A stretch of 64,000 nt of DNA from Octopus sinensis. Its lineage: Eukaryota. Positions 1 through 11,274 of this stretch are shown here, in pieces (within the stretch, counting starts at the first letter, position 1; every line of letters starts with the position of its first letter). Made by a program: the position numbers and the translations under genes. The notes beneath the pieces are model-generated. The model searched no databases and had not been told where the DNA came from. It saw only the letters and a program-made list of their open reading frames with translations. The stretch lies in contig NC_043003.1 in the NCBI RefSeq assembly GCF_006345805.1, positions 49,538,001-49,602,000 of the forward strand. Direction: 5' to 3'.

Positions 1-749
1 ATGGTGATTATGTCCATAACACATTGTTTTGTTGACTTTCTACTGCAGAATTTTCTTTCTTTTTTGTGGAGTATCTTTAGGAGTATGTCAGCTTCAAGAA
101 ACCAATCTTTTTCTTAAAGAGAGAAAGAAAGAAATCCAACACTGCAAGCTAATAAAGTATTTGTCAAATTCTACAGTGATCTTGATTACCCCAGGGAGCT
201 GAACCACATAGTGTTGCTGTTAATATTTTTAACCTTTCAATGGATAAATCCCCCCAACATAGCTGGACTGGGTTATTGATAGCTAAGTGTCTTTTCAATG
301 GTTATATCAAACCATTAAATACAATGCTAAGACTCCCTGCTGCTCTCTGCTTTGTGTATCTAGGTTTCAGATTAGTTGTACTGCCTCACAGCTACATCGT
401 TCTGGGTTCAAACCAGCTGTACAGCACATTGGACAAGTGTTTTAACCTTGGGTCAACTCATACCTTTTGTGTGGAATTGAGTACATGGAAACTGTAAGGA
501 AACTTGTCAGGGAATTTGCACTGAGCCTTAGATAATATACCTATTTTATTGCCTGATTTAAAATCACCTTGGTTGATTTTAGTAGAATTTACTTGGTAGT
601 AAGTATTAAAATCAGAACTGTGTTCTGAGAATAACTAAAGATTTTGAAGTGTTGCTTCCTGTTGCATCAACCCATATAAGGAATTGGTAATTTCAGTTCT
701 CATAAGGAGAATGTGACAATTCTCGCACTTGAGCTTTATTTGAGAGTGA

Positions 750-787
750 TGAAGAGTGAAAGTGAGAGTGAGGAGGGGAAAGAGAGG

Positions 788-823
<36 letters not shown>

Positions 824-1141
824 AAGAAAGAAGGAGTGGTGTTGCTTTGCTTGAAAGCAAGTAAATAGTACCCATACTAGAAAGCAGAGGAATGATGAGG
901 CATGGGGGAATAGAGAGGAGATTGGGTGAATCCTGAAAGTGCTAAAGTACTTGAGTTTATTTTGTAGCACAGAGAGCGAGAGAAAGAGAGAGAGGGGTGA
1001 TAGAGAGAGAGAAAGAGAGAGAGGGGTGATAGAGAGAGAGAAAGAGAGTGACAGAGAGAGGGAGAAAGAAAGAGAGATGGACAACAACATATTCTGATAA
1101 TTGAGTTCCATTTCTCTCTCTCTCTCTCTCTTCTGTTTCTC
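750..1141. repeat. (GA)n/(TC)n purine-pyrimidine tract with a 29-bp internal tandem unit
   Basis: GAGGGGTGATA recurs at 992 and 1021 inside (GA)n; (TC)n at ~1092-1141. Source of the spurious SLSL ORFs. Confidence 0.9.
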
Positions 1142-1271
1142 TTGTTGTTTGATACAATACAGAACAAATGTAACTGCACAGAATCTGTTTTAGAAAATTG
1201 TTGCGGTTCCAGTGTTAAAAAGGTTAATTACATCAATTATAAATGATTTATGCATTAAAAGCAAGGACGTA

Positions 1272-1393
1272 ATGTGTGTGTGTGTGTGTGTGTGTGTGTA
1301 TGCGTATGCGTGTAAGAGTTGTCTATTTGATTATTGATATATTTCTGATGGGTCTGAAAAATTATCATTGTTCTCCTCCTCCTCCTCCTCATT

Positions 1394-1433
<40 letters not shown>

Positions 1434-1600
1434 CATTCCTGTCATCACCATCATCATTCCTGTCATCATCATCGTCATCATTATCATCGTTGGTATACTC
1501 CTCATTGCTGCTGTCAATGTCATCATTATCATTATCATCATCATCAGCAACATCATCATACACCACCACCACCACCACCATCATCATCATCACTATGGTG
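1272..1600. repeat. compound microsatellite (GT)n-(CCT)n-(CAT)n-(CAC)n
   Basis: Directly visible simple repeats. Confidence 0.95.
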
Positions 1601-2024
1601 ATTGTTAGTTTTATCAAAAAGCAACTATTTGTCTTCACTCATCTGTCAGTTTTCATTTAAATAACCCAAACGGACCCACTCAGGTGGTGTTGGTGTGTGC
1701 ATGTGTGTGCGTGTGGGGGGGAACATGTCCAGCCCCCTTCCCCAACCTCTTGTATAAATCACACAGACACACTAATTTCTTAATTTCATTCACAGACTAA
1801 TAACAAAAATTGGTCTGTGCAATTATTACAATAGATTCAACTGAGGTATTTAAAATTAAACGAGTTCATTTGAAGGATTATTTCTTGTCTGTCAGTAAGA
1901 ACTGGTATGCTGATGTTTAACCCTTGGTTAGCCTTGACTAATAAGACCTATGATCAAAGAAATTCTTGCCATAACCATCCTGTCTTTCTTTTTCTTATTA
2001 GTTATAGTATCAATTCTTTATTTT

Positions 2025-2262
2025 CTTTTACTCTTTTACTTGTTTCAGTCATTTGACTGTGGCCATGCTGGAGTACCACCTTTAGTCGAGCAAATTGACT
2101 GCAGGACTTATTCTTTCAGTTTCTGTCTACCAAATCCACTTGCAAGGATTTGGTCTGCCCAAGGCTATTGTAGAAGACACTCGTCCTAGGTGCCCCACAG
2201 TGGGACTGAACTCAGAACCATGTGATTAGTAAGCAAGCTACTTGCCATACAGTCACTCCTGC
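2025..2262 (-). mobile_element. family A tRNA-derived SINE, internally deleted
   Basis: Tail (ttgtttcagtcatttgactgtggccatgctgg) joined directly to head (cagtttctgtctaccaaatccac...gggactgaactcagaaccatgtg); ~150 bp missing relative to 4186-4600. Confidence 0.9.
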
Positions 2263-2531
2263 ACATTCTGTTTTTTTTTTATGTATGTTAGGATGTGTGA
2301 TTTGAGCCAGATTTAGCATTTTTTCCCCTTCAGTGAAAATCAAACTCAGAGTAGCAAGAGACTGACACAATCAAAATAAAATATATTACTGATCTCTACT
2401 ATGTTATTGAGTACTCTTTTTTTCTGACAGTCATCACTAGACATGTGTATATACACACTCACATGCCTATATATATATAAAACAGATAAATAGGCTGCCT
2501 GGTATTGCTACAATTATTTCATTAAAAATCT

Positions 2532-3524
2532 ATGAAGCCAGTATGATCCGATGGATGTGTAATGTCAGTGTGCATACTCGACAGAATGTAAGTACCTTGA
2601 GAGAAATGTTGGACCTAAGAAGCATCAGATGTGGTGGGCAAGAGAGACAACTGCGCTGGTATGGTCATGTGGCGAGAATGGATGAGGACAGCTGTGTGAA
2701 AAACTGCCACACCCTAGTGGTTGAGGGAACCTGTAGAAGAGGTAGACCCAGTAAGACCTGGGATGAAGAGGTGAAGCACGACCTTCGAACTTTAGGCCTC
2801 ACCAAGGAAATGACTGAGACTTTTAGAAATATGCTGTGCGTGAGAAGACCCGGCAAGCCAAATGAGACCATAATCTCATGGCCTATGCCAGGGGCGTAAC
2901 CAGCCCACTTATGCTTACCTTTTCCTTCTTTGGACACTAAAACTCTGCTTGCAAAGACCTGTTGAAGTAAGTGAAGTCAAAATCAAAATCAAATTCGATG
3001 ACTGGCGTCCGTGCTAGCAGGGTGCAAAGAGCACCATACGAGTGTGATGATTGACAAAGCAGCTAACTGGCTTCTGTGCCAGTGACACTTAAAAGGCACC
3101 ATTCGAGTGTGATCATTACCAGCGTCGCCTTACTGGCACTCGAGCTAGTAGGGTATTCAGAGCACCATCAGAGCGTGATCATTGTCAGAGCAGCTATCTG
3201 ACCTCCATGCCGGTGGCACATAAAAGACACCATTCGAGCGTGATTATTACCAGCATCGCCTTATTTGCACCTGTGCCGGTGGCATGTGTAAAAGATTCGA
3301 GTGAGGTCATTGCCAGTACCACCTGACTGGCCCCGTGCCGGTGGCACGCAAAAGCACCCACTACACTCTCAGAGTGGTTGGCATTAGGAAGAGCATCCAG
3401 CTGTAGAAACTCTGCCAGATCAAGATTGAAGCCTGGTGCAGCCATCTCGTTCGCCAGCCCTCAGTCAAATCGTTCAACCTATGCTAGCATGGAAAGCGGA
3501 CGTTAAACGATGATGATGATGATT
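2532..3524 (+). mobile_element. 5'-truncated RTE-clade LINE: ORF2 C-terminus, 3' UTR and (GAT)n tail
   Basis: ORF 2543-2899 MIRWMC...ERQLRWYGHVARMDEDSCVK...EGTCRRGRPSKTWDEEVKHDLRTLGL is the typical RTE C-terminal RWxGHVxRM / RGRPxxTW signature; ends in gacgttaaacgatgatgatgat. Confidence 0.9.
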
Positions 3525-4185
3525 CACTCGTATATATGTCAGTTGACAATTTCTTGCTTATCAATGGTACAAATATATGTGTGTGTGTTTGTATGTATGT
3601 GTGTATGTATATGGCTGAATAGCTAAGAAGCTAATTTTGTACTCATAATGTCTTGGGATTGTTCCCACTGCTTGGCATCTTGAGCAAGTATCTTTATTCC
3701 ATGGCCTCCAGGTCTACCTAATGTTCATGAATGAAATTAGGTCGATAAAAACTGCATGGAAGCACATTGAATGGATTCTGCTGTATAATGATGATTCTGT
3801 CTTAGAATTACATCAACTGTTTCTTTCTACAACATCATGCCTTGAGACAGATGCTTTATTTACATTTGACCCATTTTTACCCATGTCTTATCTGTGTTCA
3901 TATTTATGTGTGTGTGTGTGGTGTGTGTGTGTGTGACTGTTGAAAAAATATCTGTGTCTATTGAATGTTCATTATATATGTGTATACATGTTGTAGAGAT
4001 GCATCTCCAAGTCAGATCTAATCAAGCAGAACTGTGGTACATAAGTAATTGTCTGAACAACTATGTGTTACTCACATACCTATTGTTCCTGATATATCGC
4101 TTCTCTGTTTAACCAAGGACTAAACTGAGCAGTCACTTATATGATGGTTTATATTTAGTACAAGTATGACAGTCTGCATATATTC

Positions 4186-4600
4186 TTTACTCTTTACTCT
4201 CTTTTACTGGTTTCATTCATTTGACTGTGGCCATGCTGGAGCACCGCCTTCAGTCAAGCAAATCGACCCTAGGACTTATTCTTTGTAAGCCTAGTACTTA
4301 TTCTATCGGTCTCTTTTGCCAAACCACTAAGTTATGGGGACGTAAACACACCAGCATTGTCAAGCAATGTTGAGGGGACAAATAGAAATACAAACATATA
4401 CAAACACATACACAGATATATATATATACATATATATGATAGGATTCTTTCAGTTTCTGTCTACTAAATCCACTCACAAGGCTTTGGTCGGCCCAAGGCT
4501 ATAGTAGAAGACACTTGCCCAAAGTGCCACACAGTGGAACTGAACCCGGAACCATGTGGCTGGTAAGCAAGCTGCTTACCAAACAACCACTCCTACGCCT
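4186..4600 (-). mobile_element. family A tRNA-derived SINE, full length
   Basis: Minus-strand head with A-box/B-box-like motifs (family consensus TGGCTGTGTGG ... GGTTCAGTCCC; this copy GGTTCAGTTCC), internal CA/TA tract, tail gactgaa...gtaaaagag; ~25 related copies in the window. Confidence 0.9.
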
Positions 4601-5261
4601 ATATGTTGCACTTTAAATGTGTGTTTCTTTGCTTTTATATGTATGTGTATATACCTATTTGTCTATCTGTCCATCTCTCTATATATATTCATCTGCCTGT
4701 CTGTCTATCTACACAGACAAATACACATAAATATGTGTGTGGGTCCAACCAATACCAACATAGGATATGGACATTAGAGGATGATGATAACTGTATATTC
4801 ATGTGTGTATGTATATGTATATCCATGCACAATTCTGCACACACACACATGCATCTATATACATCTGTGAATGTAATTTCACTTGCATAAAATATAATGA
4901 AATTACAGTGCAATTGTGACTTCATTTCGGTACTTAAATTTTGTTAAGCACTTGTTTCTCAGCTTCCATCATGAATTAGACGTGTGCTTCTCATCAATTA
5001 AACTCAAGAGCTTGCCTTCACTCCCACTAGAGCTATTTCACTTCGTTAATATATGATTCCCACCAGAATTATTTCATTTCAATTGCTAATACTCTTTGGA
5101 GAAATGTAAAATTGCTGGCCGTTAAAATTTCATTTCTTTTTCCCTATATAACAAACTTTATTGTTACAGAAGATATTGTTGTTTTGCTCTAGTTCTATCC
5201 TGATTAATCAAACTATGACCAAAGGCATTCCAACCAGTACCATCCTGTTGATATATATACC

Positions 5262-5295
<34 letters not shown>

Positions 5296-5301
5296 AATAA
5301 T

Positions 5302-5632
5302 GGGGTTCTTTCAGTTTCCGTCTTCTTAATCCACTCATAAGGCTTTGGGTGGCCCAAGGCTATAGCAGAAAACACTTGTCTCAAGGTGCCTTATAGTGTG
5401 ACTGAACCTGGAACCATGTGGTTGGGAAGCAAGCTTCTTACCACACAGCTACACCTGCACCGATACACAAGTTGTACAAGTCATTCTTTATTCTTTAACA
5501 TTTTGTTTCAATCATTAGAGTGTGGCCATGCTGGGGTACTGTCCTGAAGGGCTTTAGTCAAACAAATCAATCCCAATACTAAGTTTGGTATTTATTTTAT
5601 TGGTATCTTGTGTCAAACTGCTAAGTTATAGG
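5302..5632 (-). mobile_element. degenerate family A SINE (head followed by tail fragment)
   Basis: cttctttcagtttccgtc...gactgaacctggaaccatgtgg, then gtggccatgctggg...ctaagttata. Confidence 0.7.
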
Positions 5633-5954
5633 CACGAGCATAGCTAGAGTGTATACCACCTGGGGTGGTCCTTCTGTTTGCTGTTCCCCCAGACAAAAAA
5701 CACATACTGCCTACAGCAGACCCAAAGGTGCTACCCCTTTAAAGTGCTGCCCGGGGAGGACCACCTCAATCGCCCCACCCCAGCTACACTAGTGGTTATG
5801 GGCATGTAAATACACTGACACCAGTTCTCAAGCACAGATGCTGACACAAAAACAAATACACACACACACATGCAAATGCACATATATACACACAAGCAGA
5901 TACAGACACACACACATGCATATACACATACACACACACATGTACATGTATATG

Positions 5955-6115
5955 ATGGGCTTCCACACAGTTTCCATCTACTACATTCACTCACTAGACA
6001 TTGGTTGACCTGGGGCTATAGCAGAAGCAACTTGGCCAAGAGGCTGCACTGTGGGACTGAACCTGAAACCACATAGCAGCAAAACAAGCCCCGTAACCAA
6101 ACAGCCATGCATGCA
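5955..6115 (-). mobile_element. family A-like SINE head
   Basis: gggcttccacacagtttccatctac...gtgggactgaacctgaaaccacatag. Confidence 0.75.
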
Positions 6116-6263
6116 CCTAAAATTTTTTAAAATTATGTTATTGCAAAAAAAAATGATAAAAAAATGAGAATAAAAGTATGGAATAGGGATGCAGATGCTT
6201 ACTACTTGTCTTCTGCCCACCCCCACATAAAGAAGAAGAAAAATTCCAATATATATATGACAT

Positions 6264-6425
6264 AGGCGTAGGAGTGGCTGTGTGGTAAGTAGCTTGCTTA
6301 CCAACCACATGGTTCCGGGTTCAGTCCCACTGCATGACACCTTGGGCAAGTGTCTTCTACTATAGCCTTGGGCCAACCAAAGCCTTGTAAGTGAATTTGG
6401 TAGATGGAAACTGAAAGAAGCCTGT

Positions 6426-6478
<53 letters not shown>

Positions 6479-6676
6479 GTTTCCCCTCCCCCCCACATCA
6501 CTTGACAACAAATGCTGATGTATTTACGTCCCCGTAACTTAGCAGTTCGGCAAAAGAGACCGATAGAATAAGTACTAGGCTTACAAAGAATAAGTCCTGG
6601 AGTCGATTTGCTCGACTAAAGGTGGTGCTCCAGCATGGCCACAGTCAAATGACTGAAACAAGTAAAAGAGTAAAGA
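6264..6676 (+). mobile_element. family A SINE, full length
   Basis: aggcgtaggagtggctgtgtggtaagtagc...ggttcagtccc...gactgaaacaagtaaaagag. Confidence 0.92.
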
Positions 6677-8270
6677 GAGAGACATAAATAAAAGTCAAAT
6701 CTTGATTGTCTGTCTGTTTGTCTCCAGTCTGTCTGTCTGTCTGTCTGTTTAGTTCAGTCAGCAATTTTTTCCCGTTTTTTTTTTGTCCTTCGAGGTCTTT
6801 TTTTTTAAAATTTAATTTTATTCATTTACTTTTTAATATCTATCACTCTTGGCAATAGTTTCCACCCCCCAAACTCATCCAACCATCCACCCACCCACCC
6901 CCTTCCCTGCACAAGTTCAACTTACCAAAGAAAATCAATAATCAAATAAGTTACCATCATGCAACATTCTCTCAATTTGACTGTCATGACCCCCACCACC
7001 ACACACTGCTGCTGCTGCTGTACTTGTCAATATCGTTATAGCTGTGCATGTTGTCAATATCACTGTAGTTGTACTCATTGTTGATATTATTGTACTTGTA
7101 CTTCAAATTATTGTTGTTGATATTACTGTTGCTGCACTTGTGGCTGTTGTTGTCTTTTTCCTCATTTTCATGTTTTATTGTTTTTTTTCCCACTTTATTG
7201 TTTGCTTTTGTATTCTTTTGTATTGTTTTATGCCTCTTCCCCTATTGATTGCTTTCATTAGGTTTCTATTTTTACTTTTTTTTTTGTTATTTTATTTCAT
7301 TTTATTGTGGTGGTGGTGTACTTCTTCCCTTCCTCTTCCTCATCATCACATCGTCATGGTTACAGCAAAACTATTTCTGGTTCCCCCCTATCTTTTTAGT
7401 ATATTTCGGGGGACCTTTTTTTGAATAAAAAATCTTTTTTATTTTGTATTTAGCTGTGATTTAAAAATAAAGAAAAATTTTCCTTTTTGTCATCATCGTC
7501 ATTACCATCGTCATCGTCATCATCATCATCATTATCTCCTGCCCCACCTGTTATCTTTACCACCACCCCATCATCATCATAATTCTTCTCCTCCCCTCTT
7601 CACCTCCTCTCACCTCGCCTTCCCTTTGCCCCTCCTCTCTCTTCTCTCCTCCGCCTTCTCCTCCCCCTCCTCCTCACCACCACCACCATCATCATCATTA
7701 CGATTCTACTTCTATAGTTAGAAGCTAATTAAATAAAAAATAAAATTATAAAACACCCTCCACCTTTCTATGAGGCATTTTTTTTCATTTGTTTATTTAT
7801 GTAAACAAATTGGTGAAAAAGCAAAATAAATAAACCAAAAACCTGCAGCATCTGATCCAAGCACTTAACAAGCATCTTTCCCATTGATTTTTAATATTCA
7901 GTGAATGCAAAAAAGTTCATGTTCTGCAAAATATTTTAATATTTTTCCTGTGACAAAATTATACATGCTCTGAATACTCAGGCAAATGTAAACTTCAAGT
8001 AGGTGTTAATATTAATTACAATACAATTTTAGAAAACTGGTCTTTTGTGCACACATTAAAGTCTTTTGTGCACTGATCGGAAAATGTGCATAGGTGTGTG
8101 TGTATGCACATATGCATAGCTGAAAGTAAACAATACTTATAACTATTTCAGCATCTTAAACGAAGACATAATGGGAGTTGATACAAAGTACTTCATTCAT
8201 TGAGTTGTTTAGCATAACTACTAGAAACTTTGATTTAGTGTAGTGGATCTAAGCTAGTGATACCTGAACC

Positions 8271-8460
8271 CAGTTCTATATTTAAGAGATGAGGAATTAT
8301 GTACATTATTTACATTATTTACATTCGACAGATATTTCTCCTCATCTTGTTTGTTGTTAACACTACATTTTGACTGATAAACCCTCTAGCCTTCTTCAGG
8401 TGTCTTGGGGAAATTTTAAACCTAAGGTATTTTTCGATGTTGTTGTTGTTATTATTATTA

Positions 8461-8504
<44 letters not shown>

Positions 8505-8570
8505 ATCACTGCCTTGAATCAAACTCAGAATCTTGGGGTTAGTAGCTCATGCTCTTAACCACTACACTAC
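8271..8570 (-). mobile_element. composite element, left copy: tRNA-like head, (AAT)n, HHR-bearing PLE-like tail
   Basis: Minus strand reads gtagtgtagtggttaagagc...gagtttgattcaaggcagtgatctg-(aat)n-gaaaaataccttagg...gacacCTGAAGAaggctagagggtttatcagtcaaaatgtagtgttaacaac...aatgtaaataatgtacataattcc; aligns to the + copy at 8583-9312. Confidence 0.8.
8359..8404 (-). ncRNA. decayed minimal type-I hammerhead ribozyme motif
   Basis: gacac CTGAAGA A GGCTA-loop-CAGTC AAAA TGT A gtgtt; G12 and the stem III C lost by CpG-type transitions; stem I gacac/gtgtt. Confidence 0.6.
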
Positions 8571-8660
8571 AGCCCAAGCATATGGCGTAGTGGTTAAGAG
8601 CGCAGGCTACTAACCCCAAGATTCTGAGTTCGATTCCAGGCAGTGACCTCAATAATAGCA

Positions 8661-8691
<31 letters not shown>

Positions 8692-8886
8692 TACTCTTTA
8701 CATTTTACTATTTTACTCTTTTACTTGTTTCAGTCATTTGACTGTGGCCATGGAGCACCGCCTTTAGTTGAGCAAATCGCCCCCCCACCCACGATTTACT
8801 CTTTGTAAGCCTAGTACATATTCTATCGGTCTCTTTTGCCGAACCATTTAGTTATGGGGACGTAAACAAACACACACACACACACA

Positions 8887-8965
<79 letters not shown>

Positions 8966-9129
8966 CATATATACAGCGGGCTTCCTTCAGTTTCCGTCTA
9001 CCAAATCAACTCACAAGGCTTTGGTCGGCCCAAGTCTATAATAGAAGATACTTGCCCAAGGTGCCACATAGTGGGAATGAACCCGGAACCATGTGGTTGG
9101 TAAGCAAGCTACTTACCACACAGCACTCC
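8692..9129 (-). mobile_element. family A SINE nested in the (AAT)n linker
   Basis: Full tail-to-head family A sequence with (AAT)n on both sides. Confidence 0.9.
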
Positions 9130-9169
<40 letters not shown>

Positions 9170-9214
9170 TTGAAAAATACCTTAAGAATGAGAACCCAGG
9201 TTCAAAATTTCCCC

Positions 9215-9259
9215 AAAACACCTGATGAAGGCTGGCTGGTATATCAGCCGAAACGTGTT
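9215..9259 (+). ncRNA. minimal type-I hammerhead ribozyme motif (core intact, 3' stem I deleted)
   Basis: aaaacac CTGATGA(9222-9228) A GGCTG gctggtatat CAGCC GAAAC(9250-9254) GT gtt; stem II GGCTG/CAGCC perfect; stem III palindrome ACGT. Confidence 0.75.
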
Positions 9260-9356
9260 AACACCAAACAAAATGAGGACAAATATTCATCAAATGTAAA
9301 TAATGTAAATAATGATACCTGAATGTTGTAATGTGATACACCTGTATGCTGCAATA

Positions 9357-10617
9357 TGAGGGGGTACCCAAAAGTAACTGGAAACGTTCTCTGTGGGAGA
9401 AGCCAGTTGTAGTTCAGGCTTCAGCTGCTAGAAGCCACTTGATGTGATCTTCAGGCATCAGTATGCTGAATGGCACCATTGAGTGTAGCCCTACTGGCAT
9501 GTGGTGTGTCATTGGTTTGCAGTGCTTCTCTCCTGTTTGTTGATTTTTGCGATGGCTGAAATGAAGGAACAGCATGCTTCTGTGAAATTCTGTTTAATGC
9601 TGGTGAAGACAGCAGCCAAAACAGTTGTCATGTCTCAAACAGTTTTAAATGTTGCTGCCATGAGCCAGATGCAAGTTTATGAATGATTTTCATGCTTTAG
9701 GAATGGTCACTTGTCACTTGAAGACCAACCTTGTTCAGGGTGTCCGTTGACCTCCTGGATGAATGAAAACATCATCTAAATGAAAATTCATGAACTGATC
9801 TTGGAGCACTGTCACTGATCTATTGATGAGCTTGTTGATGTGGTTGGTGGGTCCTGGAGCTCCTGCTAACGAATTTTGAACAAGAAATTCCAAATGAAAA
9901 GTGTTGCAGCAAAATCTGTGTCTTGCTTGTTCACAGAAGATCAAAAGCAGTTACAACTGAATGCCTGTCATGAACTGAAAGAACAGTTGGAAATTGATCT
10001 GGACCTTTTTCCAAGGTTATCACTGGTGCTACAGAATTTGCGGATGTGGAGGAGGTGAATAAAAAAACAATAGAGGCATCTCTTCACATGAGTTCCATCA
10101 CTGCTTTGAACAGTGGAAAACTTTGAAGGTGATAAAAGTGTAGGCACAGGAGTGGCTGTGTGGTAAGTAGCTTGCTAACCAACCACATGGTTCCGGGTTC
10201 ATTCCCACTGCGTGGCATCTTGGGCAAGTGTCTTCTGCTATAGCCCCGGGCCGACCAATACCTTGTGAGTGGATTTGGTAGACGGAAACTGAAAGAAGCC
10301 TGTGGTATATATGTATATATATATATATGTATGTGTGTTTTTGTGTGTCTGTGTTTGTCCCCCTAGCATTGCTTGACAACCGATGCTGGTGTGTTTACGT
10401 CCCCGTCACTTAGCAGTTCGGCAAACGAGACCGATAGAATAAGTACTAGGCTTACAAGAATAAGTCCCGGGGTCGATTTGCTCGACTAAAGGCGGTGCTC
10501 CAGCATGGCCACAGTCAAAATGACTGAAACAAGTAAAAGAAAGAGAAAAGAGAGTATGTAAAACCAAGTGAATAAAATAATATTGCAAAATTCTAGTTTC
10601 TTTTGGGTACCCTCTCA
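9357..10617 (+). mobile_element. defective mariner DNA transposon (internally deleted)
   Basis: 27-bp TIRs tgagggggtacccaaaagtaactggaa and (rc) tgagagggtacccaaaagaaactagaa, 24/27 identical; TA at 9355-56 and 10618-19; transposase N-terminal remnants MAEMKEQHASVKFCLML...KSVAAKSVSCLFTEDQKQLQLNAC with stops; catalytic domain absent. Confidence 0.88.
10142..10554 (+). mobile_element. family A SINE nested inside the mariner
   Basis: Full-length head-to-tail copy between the mariner TIRs. Confidence 0.9.
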
Positions 10618-10839
10618 TATGTAGCAAGATGTGCCTCAAAAATAATAAAATTAAGTTTTAAAAGTATGAAAATGCAAACTAAAATTGTAAATATCCTTAT
10701 CATCAAGTTTGAGTTTGGTCAGATTAAAAAGTTCTTAATATAAAGTCTTGATAACTAAGCTATTTTCATTGACTTAAGAATTAAGTTATAATTATCTGAA
10801 ATTTGAAATTAATTATATTTATAAGTGATAGTGTCATGT

Positions 10840-11065
10840 AAAAAGCACTGGTGCTGGTAGCACGTAGAAAGCACTGATGCTGTGCCACATAGAAAGAACC
10901 CAGTACACTCTTTAAACTGTTTGGCATTACAAAAGGCATCCAGCTGTAAAAAAAACCATGCCATGATAGGTAATGGAACCTGACACATCTCCAGCCTTGC
11001 CAGCTCCTGTTAAACCGTCCAACCCATATCAACATGGAAAACAGACATTAAACAATGCTGATGAT
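10840..11065 (+). mobile_element. family C (RTE 3'-UTR-derived) repeat
   Basis: ggcatccagctgta...gtccaacccatatcaacatggaaaacagacattaaacaatg, homologous to 3370-3520. Confidence 0.8.
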
Positions 11066-11101
11066 AATAGGCTAAGATTTATAAATACCACCTTTTAAAT
11101 A

Positions 11102-11274
11102 CTGTATTTGATGGCATAAGATACTCTTTTTCTCCACCAAAATTTCTCAAAAGTCACCTTGGGTCCTATAAACTTTAAAGCACTAGAATTTTTTGCTCTG
11201 AAGTCTTGGCTATGAACTACTGAAATTGGGGTGCATCTAATGTACCTATGCATCTTCTATGCCATCAAACACAG
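11102..11274. mobile_element. Tc1/mariner-superfamily (Tc2-like) MITE
   Basis: TIRs ctgtatttgatggcata and (rc) ctgtgtttgatggcata, 16/17; TA at 11100-01 and 11275-76; 173 bp, non-coding. The Tc2 sub-assignment is from recalled TIR style. Confidence 0.75.

Larger units (their letters stand above)
8583..9312 (+). mobile_element. composite element, right copy (interrupted in its AAT linker by a family A SINE)
   Basis: A box TGGCGTAGTGG (8583), B box GAGTTCGATTCC (8626), (AAT)n at 8651-8692 and 9130-9170, tail 9171-9312 homologous to the left copy. Confidence 0.82.

Noticed and set aside
6984-7193. Asn-rich minus-strand ORF with a nearby GTAAGT donor (~6922-6927)
   Set aside because: Decayed AAT/AAC low-complexity sequence; the ORF stops before the donor.
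8583-8650. Functional tRNA gene (also heads at 20860-21118 and 38800-38870)
   Set aside because: A and B boxes are present but there is no complete acceptor stem, and each head runs directly into a SINE body.
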